IMG/VR virus record: IMGVR_UViG_3300032307_000764
Coordinates: 64,001-128,000 of that record
Length of the DNA: 64,000 nt
Reading direction: 5' to 3' (one strand)
From: a virus
Lineage: Duplodnaviria > Caudoviricetes
Positions within the stretch are counted from its first letter, which is position 1, and each line of letters opens with the position of its first letter. Below are positions 29,314-38,993 of this stretch, piece by piece. Made by a program: the position numbers and the translations under genes. Below the pieces are notes generated by a model. That model worked only from the letters and a program-made list of their open reading frames with translations, ran no database searches and had not been told where the DNA came from.

Positions 29314-31662
29314 ATGGCTAGTTACACATCAACACAAAGGTTCGTTAAGTTAACAGATTACTTGTTACTGGAGTACGATTATACTACTGCTCCAAACCCT
29401 GAACAGTATTACGTTAACACTGGAACTCCTGCTGTTGGCTTTGAAAAAATAGTAAATGGATATTTTGATAATTCTGTTCAAATATTAAACAATCCAGCAT
29501 CTCAAGCTACAACTAATAACGTAAGAGATCTTAGCGTTGTACAGACGGATAAAAATAGATTTGTAACTTTAGATATGGATTATCTTGTCCAATATCTTGA
29601 TACAGATCCTAAATTAACATCGGTTTCAAATTTACCAGTAGTATTTCCCTCTAATATAGGAGTTTACTACGATTCATTAAAATTTCATATTATTTCCGGA
29701 TATAACTTTGATAATATCGACGGTATTATTCTTCAGGTTAAATTCCAAGAGCGAACTGGTAAAAAGGCAACTGTTTTACAATTAATAGTAACTAGTGCGG
29801 ATGTTACATTACCTGTATTAAATCCTAATCCCATTTATTTAGGTGGAGCTTTATATGACCATTACATAGAGGCTAAGATACCTGCTTTTGCAAACATGGT
29901 ATACGAGTTTGATATTCTTGCAGGTACTCCAGCACAGGCTAATACTTTAGGAGCTAAGATTTCTTCGGATGGTAAAGGATTTTTAAAAGATGCACCTGTA
30001 GAATTTACAGTATTTGAGATAAACCAGACGGTACTTAAAAATGGGTATGAAAATTACGTTGCTCAGACAAGATCACAGCTTGGTATATTCCCTAGGGATA
30101 ACTATTCTTCTTTATCGGCGGTAATCCAGCAGAACTCATTCTATAATTATCTTGAATACTATCCAACTTGGGATGGTAATTTTCTTGAGGATTTCTTAAC
30201 TGCAGAAGGAAAAGTTGGTGTAACTTACTATGTTGTTAATGAAATAGAGGTAAAAGAACAGGTAGGATTAACTTACATTACCACTTATAATTTTACAAAT
30301 ACACAGACTCAAGATTTCAATGCCCCTTACATATTTAGACCTGTTATAGTAAATCCTCTATCAACTTCTTTTGTTGTTAATTATACCATGAGATTAGTAA
30401 ACAAAACTAATCAGAATCAGATTATCAGAAGATCTTCTTTTAGCTCTTTCGATGTTAACAAATTTGGAAGAGAAAACAATGTTATAACATTAACTACTGG
30501 GGCATATGCTCAGAAAGTTTATAATAAAGTTGTACAAGCACCTAATGTTGTATCTCCAGTTGGAATTAATCCTACGGTTGCTGCTCCTATCGAAAGGAAG
30601 GTACCTGTTTTTTATAAAGACAATAACATATCAATAACACAAGAGAATATAACAATTGATAAGGACGGAAATGTTGTTTCTGAAACTTCATCTCCATCTT
30701 CGGCCACTGTTTACGGGCAGGGGAATGCTAAGATATTAATAGATCCTTTCGATAACTTCTATAAATTTACTGTTTATGTTTTAAGGGATGGTACAACCCT
30801 AGAGATATTGGACCTTGGTACATCTCTTACGTATTACATGGTATTTATTGACAATTCCGGACAGGAAGTAAGAATCGAAAATATAAAGAATAAGACTAAT
30901 ATATCGAATCCGTCTGCCGGACAAGTTGCTTTTAAATTAGTTGATACAAATTCTAAGAAAGTTCTAGGATTCTCTTCTAGAAGTTTTTATATAATTTCTA
31001 GAACACCCGACGGAATAGAAACTAAGTTATATTCAGGAACATGGCAGAACCAAGCAGAGTTTTCTGCCACAGTAACAACAACTGGTACAGCCGGAACTGC
31101 AGGAACATCAGGAACTGCAGGAACAAGTGGAGTTTCATCTTCCACTACCACAGTTACCCCTGCATCTACTACAGGAACAGCAACTACTACTACCGGATCA
31201 CAAGTAACCTCGAGTGTTCCTACAACTAAGGTAGTTAAACCACTTAAACCTTATGTTTTAGGAAGTAGTGCAATACTTAGTGTTAAACCAACATCTGAAG
31301 TTAATACAACCGGAGGATACGTTACTAGTAAGAATGGTGTTAATGTGAATGCTTCAAACACTAAATCTAGCACTCAATCTAATAACATAGATATTGCAGC
31401 ACTTGCTGATTCTATATCTGGTAAAGAAGCACAAGGATTAAATGTACAGAAAGTAGTTAATTACTATTTCACTCCTGGAGCTCCTGGAGCAGTTTTATTT
31501 AAAGGTATAAAACCTAGTGAATTCTTAACTGCAGCTCTACAGATTCATCCTAAATTAGAGAATGGTGAATTTGATAAAACTTACATTCAGTATTGTAATG
31601 CTTTAGATTTTCCAGTAACTAACGATCCTACTGCAACAGCAAATAAAGGAAAAGGAAAATAA
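29314..31662 (+). CDS. Virion structural protein with Thr/Gly/Ser-rich linker
   Basis: 782 aa; GTAGTAGTSGTAGTSG...TTTT linker; late motif upstream. Confidence 0.5.
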   Translation: MASYTSTQRFVKLTDYLLLEYDYTTAPNPEQYYVNTGTPAVGFEKIVNGYFDNSVQILNNPASQATTNNVRDLSVVQTDKNRFVTLDMDYLVQYLDTDPKLTSVSNLPVVFPSNIGVYYDSLKFHIISGYNFDNIDGIILQVKFQERTGKKATVLQLIVTSADVTLPVLNPNPIYLGGALYDHYIEAKIPAFANMVYEFDILAGTPAQANTLGAKISSDGKGFLKDAPVEFTVFEINQTVLKNGYENYVAQTRSQLGIFPRDNYSSLSAVIQQNSFYNYLEYYPTWDGNFLEDFLTAEGKVGVTYYVVNEIEVKEQVGLTYITTYNFTNTQTQDFNAPYIFRPVIVNPLSTSFVVNYTMRLVNKTNQNQIIRRSSFSSFDVNKFGRENNVITLTTGAYAQKVYNKVVQAPNVVSPVGINPTVAAPIERKVPVFYKDNNISITQENITIDKDGNVVSETSSPSSATVYGQGNAKILIDPFDNFYKFTVYVLRDGTTLEILDLGTSLTYYMVFIDNSGQEVRIENIKNKTNISNPSAGQVAFKLVDTNSKKVLGFSSRSFYIISRTPDGIETKLYSGTWQNQAEFSATVTTTGTAGTAGTSGTAGTSGVSSSTTTVTPASTTGTATTTTGSQVTSSVPTTKVVKPLKPYVLGSSAILSVKPTSEVNTTGGYVTSKNGVNVNASNTKSSTQSNNIDIAALADSISGKEAQGLNVQKVVNYYFTPGAPGAVLFKGIKPSEFLTAALQIHPKLENGEFDKTYIQYCNALDFPVTNDPTATANKGKGK
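31084..31131 (+). repeat. (Gly-Thr-Ala/Ser)5 coding repeat
   Basis: GTAGTAGTSGTAGTSG. Confidence 0.8.
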
Positions 31663-31672
31663 TAATAAGTAG

Positions 31673-32224
31673 ATGATTTTAAATGCTAGGCAGAATGGTT
31701 TTATCTTTAACTTTCCGAAGTCTTTTATTTCGGATGATGTTATAGCAAAATATGAGGGATACATTAAAAGAATGCCTATCCCTTATGATACTGTTAATGA
31801 TTTTATTAATGCTACTATACAGCAGGTAAACTTTCCTACTCTTAGAACTATTGATACTACAGAGCAGATTAGACCTGGTGGGTTTAAACAAAGTTATAAA
31901 AGTTCAACAACTTTACAAAATTTAATTCAGAGAGATTTCACGGTTACTTTTAAGCTAGGAGAGGGGTTTATTAATTATTGGGTCATCTATGAGAATATGG
32001 TTAAGTTTCTAGATTTTCAGAATCCTGAACAATACCTACCTGATTTTAGATTGCTTCTATTAGACAACGAGGGTATTATTATGGCTAGTGTTATTTTACA
32101 GCAGCCAATATATACTTCATTGTCGGAGATTCAATTAAACTATGCCTCCTCTACCCCGCAATTTTCCACATTCAGCGTGGGCTTTAAATGTAATTACGTA
32201 AATTTAAAACTTGAAATTGGATAA
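31673..32224 (+). CDS. Tail tube / tube-initiator-like protein (gp19/gp54 fold)
   Basis: FINATIQQVNFPTL...QRDFTVTFKLGEGFINYWVIY...FSTFSVGFKCNY matches tube-fold strand order. Confidence 0.5.
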   Translation: MILNARQNGFIFNFPKSFISDDVIAKYEGYIKRMPIPYDTVNDFINATIQQVNFPTLRTIDTTEQIRPGGFKQSYKSSTTLQNLIQRDFTVTFKLGEGFINYWVIYENMVKFLDFQNPEQYLPDFRLLLLDNEGIIMASVILQQPIYTSLSEIQLNYASSTPQFSTFSVGFKCNYVNLKLEIG

Positions 32225-32897
32225 TATAATCGGAATAGATTTCTCATTAAATAGCCCAGGATTTTGTGTATTAACAAAAGATGCCTGTAAATGGATAAGT
32301 CTACATAGAACTACTAACATCATAGATAAGATGTTAAAAAAAGACGGATCACCTTTTAAAGTATTGGGAGATAATGGTACCGTTAGTATTAATATCATAC
32401 CCAAAAAAGAATTTACTGGAGAATACCACGACAAGGAAAGACAGAAGATATTAAATGCAATATATTTTTCAGAAGTTGCATTGGACCTATTAGATCCATA
32501 TCTTAATTATAATTCTATTGTTGGTATGGAAGGTTTATCTTTTGGGTCTAGCGGGAATTCTTTAATAGATATTTCTATGACAACTGCTCTTATAAGAGCG
32601 GGAGTAGTTAAAAGGATCAATCCTGATAATTTCTATGTACTCTCACCAACAACACTTAAGAAGTTTGCAGTTAAAGGAAATGCTAAAAAGGATGAATTAT
32701 ACAATGCCTTATTGGAAAAAAAATCAGAGGATATAAGAATTAAGCCTCTTTTGAAGTTATTAAGTGAATACAAAGACACATGGGTAAAAGGAGCTGGAAA
32801 GGTAGAAAACCCATGTTCTGATATAATTGATGCGACTTGGATTTGTTTTTTTATAGAAGAAAATTTAGAGAAACTTTTGACAGGTAGCAAGATATAA
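32211..32897 (+). CDS. ruvC: RuvC-like Holliday junction resolvase
   Basis: IIGIDFSLNSPG, VGMEGLSFGS, PTTLKKFAVKGNAKKDEL, DIIDA: RNase H-fold catalytic D/E/D/D. Confidence 0.85.
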   Translation: MKLDNIIGIDFSLNSPGFCVLTKDACKWISLHRTTNIIDKMLKKDGSPFKVLGDNGTVSINIIPKKEFTGEYHDKERQKILNAIYFSEVALDLLDPYLNYNSIVGMEGLSFGSSGNSLIDISMTTALIRAGVVKRINPDNFYVLSPTTLKKFAVKGNAKKDELYNALLEKKSEDIRIKPLLKLLSEYKDTWVKGAGKVENPCSDIIDATWICFFIEENLEKLLTGSKI

Positions 32898-32934
32898 CTA
32901 TTAATTAAAAACAATTTAAAAAATTTTAGGAATT

Positions 32935-33894
32935 ATGGAAGAAAATTTTGACATCTTTAATCTGGACAACGAAGCATTTGTTAAACAGGAAGTAAAAAAG
33001 GACGAGGACGAGTTTTTATACAAACCTTATCCAGAACTAGGAAAAGACGGTGTTTACAAATCTCTAGTGAGATTTTTACCTAACATCACTAATCCAAAAA
33101 AATCTAAGATCCACCAATATTACGTTTGGTTAAAGGATCCAGTAGACGGAGCAAATCATAAAGCTATTTGCCCTTCTACAGTAGGAAAAAAATCTATTCT
33201 TAAAGACATCTTTTGGAAACTTAAGAACTCAGCTTCTGCTAAAGACCAAGAGCTTGCTAAAGCTTTCTCAAGAAAAGAAGATTTCTATTCTTTAATTCAA
33301 GTAGTTAAAGATTCAAATCGCCCAGATCTAGAGGGAAAAATCATGATATTCAAGTTCGGTAGAAAAGTTAACGATATGATCGAACAACAAATCAAACCAG
33401 AATTTGGTAACCCTTCTAACCCTTATGATTTATTCGAAGGTAAAAACTTTGGATTACACGTAAGAAAAGTTGGAGAGTGGAACAACTATGACCTTTGTCA
33501 ATTCGTTGGTGATAAAATGCCATTAATGATCGAAGGAAATCCAGTTGAAAGAACTGAAGAAGGAAGAGATAACGTTACTTCATATTTAAAAACAGGTCCT
33601 TTGGATCTTGATAAATTTGATTATAATGATTGGTCAGCTGAAGAACACGACAAGATCATGAGAATCATTAGAAACACAATTCCTGACGGAAGAATTGTTT
33701 CTGAGATTATCGGAGGAAGCGTAGATTCTAAACCATCTGCTCCATCTGCATCTGCTGATTCATTCTTTGAAGAAGCAAACGAAAGAGGATCAACATCAAC
33801 TTTAGAGGAAGATGAAGCTCCTGCTGCTAAACCAGCTAAAACCCCAACTAAAAAAGCTAGTCCTTCTCTAGACGATTTATATAACGACCTATAA
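32935..33894 (+). CDS. Single-stranded DNA-binding protein, T4 gp32-like
   Basis: VRFLP, YSLIQVVKDSNRPDLEGKIMIFKFGRKV, NPYDLFEGKNF, WNNYD; acidic tail SLDDLYNDL. Confidence 0.85.
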   Translation: MEENFDIFNLDNEAFVKQEVKKDEDEFLYKPYPELGKDGVYKSLVRFLPNITNPKKSKIHQYYVWLKDPVDGANHKAICPSTVGKKSILKDIFWKLKNSASAKDQELAKAFSRKEDFYSLIQVVKDSNRPDLEGKIMIFKFGRKVNDMIEQQIKPEFGNPSNPYDLFEGKNFGLHVRKVGEWNNYDLCQFVGDKMPLMIEGNPVERTEEGRDNVTSYLKTGPLDLDKFDYNDWSAEEHDKIMRIIRNTIPDGRIVSEIIGGSVDSKPSAPSASADSFFEEANERGSTSTLEEDEAPAAKPAKTPTKKASPSLDDLYNDL

Positions 33895-33916
33895 TAAAAA
33901 ATAAAAATGGATCGTT

Positions 33917-34990
33917 ATGGAATCAAAGACTGTAAGCAACCTATCTGTAGATAGAGTTAAAGGAATAGTTTCCTCTGCTTTGCTTAAGTTCTTTGGGAAT
34001 GACTCACAAAGATTAAAAATCTACCAAGGGGGCAACAGACTAAACTTCTGTTGCCCTTATTGTGGAGATTCAACAGACGCAAGGAAAAAAAGAGGAAATT
34101 TATACACGGACACTCTTACATACAAGTGTTATAATGGTGGATGTGGTGTTTTTAAAAATCTTAATCAATTTACTCGGGACTTTGAAATACAGTCGCTTCT
34201 ATCTACTGATGAGATTGCTGAGATTGCAGAGATATCTAGGAATTCTACTATAAGGAAAAAAATCAGAAATTCCTTAGACTACTTCTTTTCCGAAAACTAT
34301 AAGGATATTCTAGTTTCCAGAGACTACTTAAAGTACAAATTAAAACTTAAAGAAGTTACTGGAACATTTGCAGAAAAATGGATACTCGAAAGAAACCATG
34401 TTCCCGATGATAAATTTCTATGGGATCCTAATAGAAAGAACCTTTATCTTTTAAATCTTTCAGGAGACGATACAAAAGTAATAGGACTACAGATAAGACC
34501 TATAGTAAAGAAGAATGGAGGTAGTAAGTATTACACTTATAAATTAAGCGGAATATACAAGAATCTACTAAAAGAAACTAATCCTGAGATAATACTTAAA
34601 GCTGAGGAGGTTGATCCTATATCTAGTGTATTTGGATTTTCTACTGTTGATTTAGATTCCATGATTACTGTTTTTGAAGGACCTATGGATGCTTGGCTTT
34701 GTCCTAATTCCATAGCTCTTTGTTCTATCAATAATCCTTTCCCTTTTGATGTTACAAATAAAAGATGGATGCTGGACGGAGATGGAATAGGAAGACAAAA
34801 ATCTAGGGAATTTTTAGAAAATGGTGAACAGGTATTTCTATGGGGTAAGTTCTTAAAAGATTGTGATTTACCTGAGAGGGAGAAATGGGATCTAAATGAT
34901 ATAGTTAACTATGTTAAATCAACAGGGAAGAAGATCAAAAGACTTGATAATTATTTCTCTGCTGATAAATGGGATATTATAGATATATGA
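33917..34990 (+). CDS. DNA primase, T4 gp61-like
   Basis: Zn finger CCPYCGDS...YKCYNGGC; TOPRIM VFEGPMDA, LDGD, KWDLND. Confidence 0.9.
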   Translation: MESKTVSNLSVDRVKGIVSSALLKFFGNDSQRLKIYQGGNRLNFCCPYCGDSTDARKKRGNLYTDTLTYKCYNGGCGVFKNLNQFTRDFEIQSLLSTDEIAEIAEISRNSTIRKKIRNSLDYFFSENYKDILVSRDYLKYKLKLKEVTGTFAEKWILERNHVPDDKFLWDPNRKNLYLLNLSGDDTKVIGLQIRPIVKKNGGSKYYTYKLSGIYKNLLKETNPEIILKAEEVDPISSVFGFSTVDLDSMITVFEGPMDAWLCPNSIALCSINNPFPFDVTNKRWMLDGDGIGRQKSREFLENGEQVFLWGKFLKDCDLPEREKWDLNDIVNYVKSTGKKIKRLDNYFSADKWDIIDI

Positions 34991-35172
34991 AAGCTAAAGT
35001 TAATAACGGTAAATTCAAATTCCCAGTAGGTATTAAGGGAGAATTAGATCTACCAGATTTGGATATTTCTGAAAATTTTTCTAGTTCTATAGTAAAAGAT
35101 AAGATAGATTCCGAAGTTAAGGAAATAGGTAAAATAAAAAAGAATAAATGTCAGAGCAACAGCCTAATGTAG
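34987..35172 (+). CDS. Small hypothetical protein
   Basis: ATGA overlap with the primase stop suggests start 34987 rather than the track start 34969. Confidence 0.4.
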   Translation: MKAKVNNGKFKFPVGIKGELDLPDLDISENFSSSIVKDKIDSEVKEIGKIKKNKCQSNSLM

Positions 35173-35618
35173 AACAGAAAATAGATTTCAATCAAAAATT
35201 TGAAGTTGAGAGAGGAGAGTGGACGGAGAAAATCCGAGAGCTTTCTATAAGAATGAAAAATATACGTGAACTTGCAGAGGTTCAGGTGGATTTATATTCC
35301 AATAGACAGCTTCTTTTAGAGTACTCTTCCAAGTTAGGTCAAGTAATGGTAAAGCTTAATGCTAAATTCAGAAAGGATAGGGCAGAGAGACTAAAATACT
35401 ACTCGGAAAAAACCCAAGTTAAATATGGTGCTAATGAAAAGACACCTTTAATTGAAGGGGATCTTTCTGAGTTAAAAGAAAGAATGGATATAGTTGAGGG
35501 ACAGATTTCTTTCCTTAATGAAACCATGAAGACCGTCGACCATATGTTGTATGGTGTGAAATCTAGAATATCATTAGAAGAATATTTAAGATCAGGAGCG
35601 GTTAAAAATAATTACTAG
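35148..35618 (+). CDS. uvsY: Recombination mediator UvsY-like
   Basis: All-helical; YYSEK...EKTPLIEGD and LNETMKTVDHMLYGVKSRI; directly upstream of UvsW. Confidence 0.6.
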   Translation: MSEQQPNVEQKIDFNQKFEVERGEWTEKIRELSIRMKNIRELAEVQVDLYSNRQLLLEYSSKLGQVMVKLNAKFRKDRAERLKYYSEKTQVKYGANEKTPLIEGDLSELKERMDIVEGQISFLNETMKTVDHMLYGVKSRISLEEYLRSGAVKNNY

Positions 35619-35620
35619 TA

Positions 35621-37162
35621 ATGTTAAAATTTGTAGTAAGTGAAGATAAAAATTGGTTGAGCCTTATAGATTACGACGAGGATTTTGAGAGAAAACAAAT
35701 TGAGATATCATTAACTAAAAAAATACATAATCACTTTTTTCATCCCTTAGTTAAGAAAAAGCATTGGGATGGTTCAATATGCTTTGTTGATAAAAGAGCT
35801 CCTATATGGAGAGTTCCTATCGGACTATGGTCAGAGCTTTATCAAATATGTCAAAAATATAAGATAGAGATTCAAATAGATGGATTAGGAAAGATAATAG
35901 ATAACGAATTTACACTGGAGTCTTATACAGAATGGTGTAACAATTTTTTCAAAGATGGAGTTGGTGGTGATCCTAATAAAATGCCAAGGGATTACCAGAT
36001 AGAAACTGCATGGAAGATTATTAAATTTAAACTTTCAGTATCTGAGGTTGCAACAAGCTCTGGTAAAACTCTTATAGCCTTTATGGTAATGGCTTATCTT
36101 AAAGAGGTTAGAAAAGTTAAGAAATTCTTAATGGTAGTTCCTAATACCAACTTGGTTATACAAGGAGCTGAGGATTTTGAAGAATACGGATTAGAGAAAT
36201 TAGAAGATTGTGAGATCCAACAGATTCATGGATCAAACAAGAAAAAAATATCAGGTGGATTAATGATAGGAACATATCAATCCCTTGTTAAAATGGATCC
36301 TGAATTTTTTGATGATGTGGAAGCAGTTTTTGTTGATGAGTGTCACCAAGCACAGAGTGCTTCTATCAAAAAGGTTGTTGCTTTGTGTAAAGACTCTATG
36401 TGGAGATTCGGACTATCTGGAACTTTAGCTAATAAGAATACTGCTGAGTATTTAACTATTCAGCAATTTCTCGGTCCTCTAATTATGGAGATATCCCCTA
36501 AATTTCTATTTGATAATAAATATGCAACACCTGTTTCAATTAAGATAGTTAAGATGGATTGGATGGATCCTGAAGTTAAGGAAAAACTATCCAAGCTTAA
36601 GGAGGAGAAAACAGAGATGGAAGGTAACGAGCTTTTCAATCTTGAGAGAAAGCTTGTTGTTAACTCTGACAAGAGGCTAAACTATATCATCAACTTCGTT
36701 CTTAAGACCTCTAAGAATTCGTTAATACTCTTTCAGTCTGTAGGAGAGGGATACGGTAAAAGAATATACGAGGGAATTCGAGATAGATCAAGCGACAGGG
36801 AGGTTTATTATATTGATGGTGATACCGATCCAGATAGGAGGGATATTTTCACTAAAAGAATGGAAGAGGGAGTTAATAAAATAATGGTAGCTTCCTTTGG
36901 TACTATGTCAACAGGTATCTCGGTTAAGAACATACATAACATATTTCTTACAGAATCCTATAAGTCTGAGGTTTTAATTAAACAGAGTCTAGGAAGGGGT
37001 ATGAGATTATATGAAGGTAAGGAAAAAGTAAATATTATAGATTTTGTAGACGACTTTAGCTGGGAAGGTAAGGATAATTACCTAATGAAGCATTCTAAAG
37101 AAAGAATAGAGATTTATAAAAAAGAACACTTTGATTACAAGATATATGAGATCAAAATTTAG
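35621..37162 (+). CDS. uvsW: SF2 DNA helicase UvsW-like
   Basis: PRDYQ, ATSSGKT, DECH, GLSGT, STGISVKNIHN, QSLGRGMR. Confidence 0.92.
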   Translation: MLKFVVSEDKNWLSLIDYDEDFERKQIEISLTKKIHNHFFHPLVKKKHWDGSICFVDKRAPIWRVPIGLWSELYQICQKYKIEIQIDGLGKIIDNEFTLESYTEWCNNFFKDGVGGDPNKMPRDYQIETAWKIIKFKLSVSEVATSSGKTLIAFMVMAYLKEVRKVKKFLMVVPNTNLVIQGAEDFEEYGLEKLEDCEIQQIHGSNKKKISGGLMIGTYQSLVKMDPEFFDDVEAVFVDECHQAQSASIKKVVALCKDSMWRFGLSGTLANKNTAEYLTIQQFLGPLIMEISPKFLFDNKYATPVSIKIVKMDWMDPEVKEKLSKLKEEKTEMEGNELFNLERKLVVNSDKRLNYIINFVLKTSKNSLILFQSVGEGYGKRIYEGIRDRSSDREVYYIDGDTDPDRRDIFTKRMEEGVNKIMVASFGTMSTGISVKNIHNIFLTESYKSEVLIKQSLGRGMRLYEGKEKVNIIDFVDDFSWEGKDNYLMKHSKERIEIYKKEHFDYKIYEIKI

Positions 37163-37168
37163 ATTTTG

Positions 37169-37176
37169 GATATATA
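37169..37176 (+). promoter_or_regulatory. Putative late promoter GATATATA
   Basis: 21 nt upstream of ATG 37198. Confidence 0.55.
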
Positions 37177-37197
37177 AAAGGAAAGAAAAGAATCTAA

Positions 37198-37797
37198 ATG
37201 AAAAATATTCAAGATTACAAAAGATTTTGTCTCAATGAAGCTGAAGAACTAATGTGGACTAGGCATCTTGGTAACAATGCTAACAGTTACGAAGACAGGG
37301 CTAAAAATTACTATAATTTATCTAGCAGTCCTGGTATACTTTCTAAAACACAGAATTTCTTCCAGAAAATGGAAGACAGAATCAACAACATGGCTAGAGT
37401 AGGTAAAGGACTTGCTCAACAAAATAGATCAGGAAGATCGGGTAACTTAGATACTGGATACGAAAATCTATTTGGACTAGTTTCTGTTGTTCCTAATGTT
37501 CTTAAAAGAGTTTTTGGTCCAACTAAATTCGAAATAGCTAAAAAAGCTCCAGCAAAGGATGACGAGGTTAATCTTGAATTCATGAGACACACTAATGAAG
37601 ATTTTGCTAAGAGTGAACTTCCTAACATTAGATCTGAAAAGCAATTAGAAGATAATATCGCTGACCTTTATCAAAAAGGTGAAGTTAAAAAAGGAGAAGT
37701 ACCTGTACTTGATGATATAGCAATGAATAGAATTAATCTATATTATACAAGACAAGAAAACCCAAACCAGCCAATATTCCAACCAAATAATCTATAA
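37198..37797 (+). CDS. Hypothetical protein, putative internal head protein
   Basis: N-terminus MKNIQDYKRFCLNE resembles the T4 capsid-targeting sequence. Confidence 0.55.
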   Translation: MKNIQDYKRFCLNEAEELMWTRHLGNNANSYEDRAKNYYNLSSSPGILSKTQNFFQKMEDRINNMARVGKGLAQQNRSGRSGNLDTGYENLFGLVSVVPNVLKRVFGPTKFEIAKKAPAKDDEVNLEFMRHTNEDFAKSELPNIRSEKQLEDNIADLYQKGEVKKGEVPVLDDIAMNRINLYYTRQENPNQPIFQPNNL

Positions 37798-37799
37798 AA

Positions 37800-38546
37800 A
37801 TGAAAAAATTCTCTTCAATAGTAGAAAAGAAAAAACAAGAATTACACGAAAACCAGGTAATAAACGAGAGAAATCTTTATCTTGACTTTGCAAAGAAATA
37901 CCATAAAAAACATGGTGTATCTGGACCTTTTGATAAAAAATTCCAAGGAGATAAAAAGGCTCAGGAAGAATATATGGAAGGACTAGGTAAGGCTTGGACG
38001 GAGCACAAAGAAAAGAAAGGTATCAAGAATAAGTCTGAAAAGGGTAAGTTTGATTTTGCTAAGAAAAAAATGAACGAATCTAAGGCTTTTGATATGGCTA
38101 AGCAAATGATAGGAGATGGCGGAGAGCCTAACTATCACTTCGTTACGATGTGCGACGACTATCTTTTTGAAAAAGATGGAGAAATGCTAAGATATAGCAA
38201 AGATATGATGGCAGCACCGCTTAAAATCAAAACTACGCCTACTTTAGGAGCTTATACGTTCGGCCCTTTCATGAACATTGAAGAATCTAAAATGTTTGCT
38301 GCTAGTATCGAGTTAGATGAAATCAATGGACCTAGAATGGTTACTATCGAGGACAGAAAAACAGGTGAGGTGTTTACTAAATATTTAACTTGTAAGCTTC
38401 AACCAGTTTGGGATGAACACGAGGAAGAAAACTTTGAGTCTATCGAAGACGAAGACGAAGAAGAATTTGAAGATCCTAATTCAGAGTACACTTACGGTGA
38501 CGAGACTGAGGACGAAGAAACAGAAGACGACGGAGAGGAAGAATAA
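37800..38546 (+). CDS. Hypothetical protein, putative internal head protein with acidic tail
   Basis: MKKFSSIVE start, several (I/L/M)xE sites, very acidic C-terminus. Confidence 0.55.
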   Translation: MKKFSSIVEKKKQELHENQVINERNLYLDFAKKYHKKHGVSGPFDKKFQGDKKAQEEYMEGLGKAWTEHKEKKGIKNKSEKGKFDFAKKKMNESKAFDMAKQMIGDGGEPNYHFVTMCDDYLFEKDGEMLRYSKDMMAAPLKIKTTPTLGAYTFGPFMNIEESKMFAASIELDEINGPRMVTIEDRKTGEVFTKYLTCKLQPVWDEHEEENFESIEDEDEEEFEDPNSEYTYGDETEDEETEDDGEEE

Positions 38547-38548
38547 AA

Positions 38549-38992
38549 ATGTTAACTCCTTCACAAAGCCAAGCTCTTTATCCTGTACTTCAACATTACA
38601 CAGGAACTAAGATAAATTCTATCTCCGATATGGGAGATGGACTTATCTTTAGTACCTCTTGGGGCGAGTCTGGTTTATTGGTTGAGAATAATAAAGGTGA
38701 TTGGGAGATAATAATAGGCCAGGAATTAGTGGATAGAATAGAAAAAGAAGTATTCGAAGCATTAGTTAAACCTGAGACAAAGAGTAACATTGAGGAATAT
38801 ATTAAGATTTTAGATCATTTAGCTAAAGATTCTAAAGTAAGTTATAGATCTAAAGTTTTAGTTTCCCAGATACTTGGTATACTAGAAGAATTTATTTTAA
38901 ACTCTAATTTTGTACCAAAGAAAGAAATAAAGTTTGGACCTTTTTGGATTTTTAGCTATAAAGGAAATAAGTTCATAAACTCATTAAATTAA
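38549..38992 (+). CDS. Hypothetical protein
   Basis: 147-aa ORF tightly packed in the operon. Confidence 0.55.
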   Translation: MLTPSQSQALYPVLQHYTGTKINSISDMGDGLIFSTSWGESGLLVENNKGDWEIIIGQELVDRIEKEVFEALVKPETKSNIEEYIKILDHLAKDSKVSYRSKVLVSQILGILEEFILNSNFVPKKEIKFGPFWIFSYKGNKFINSLN

Positions 38993-38993
38993 A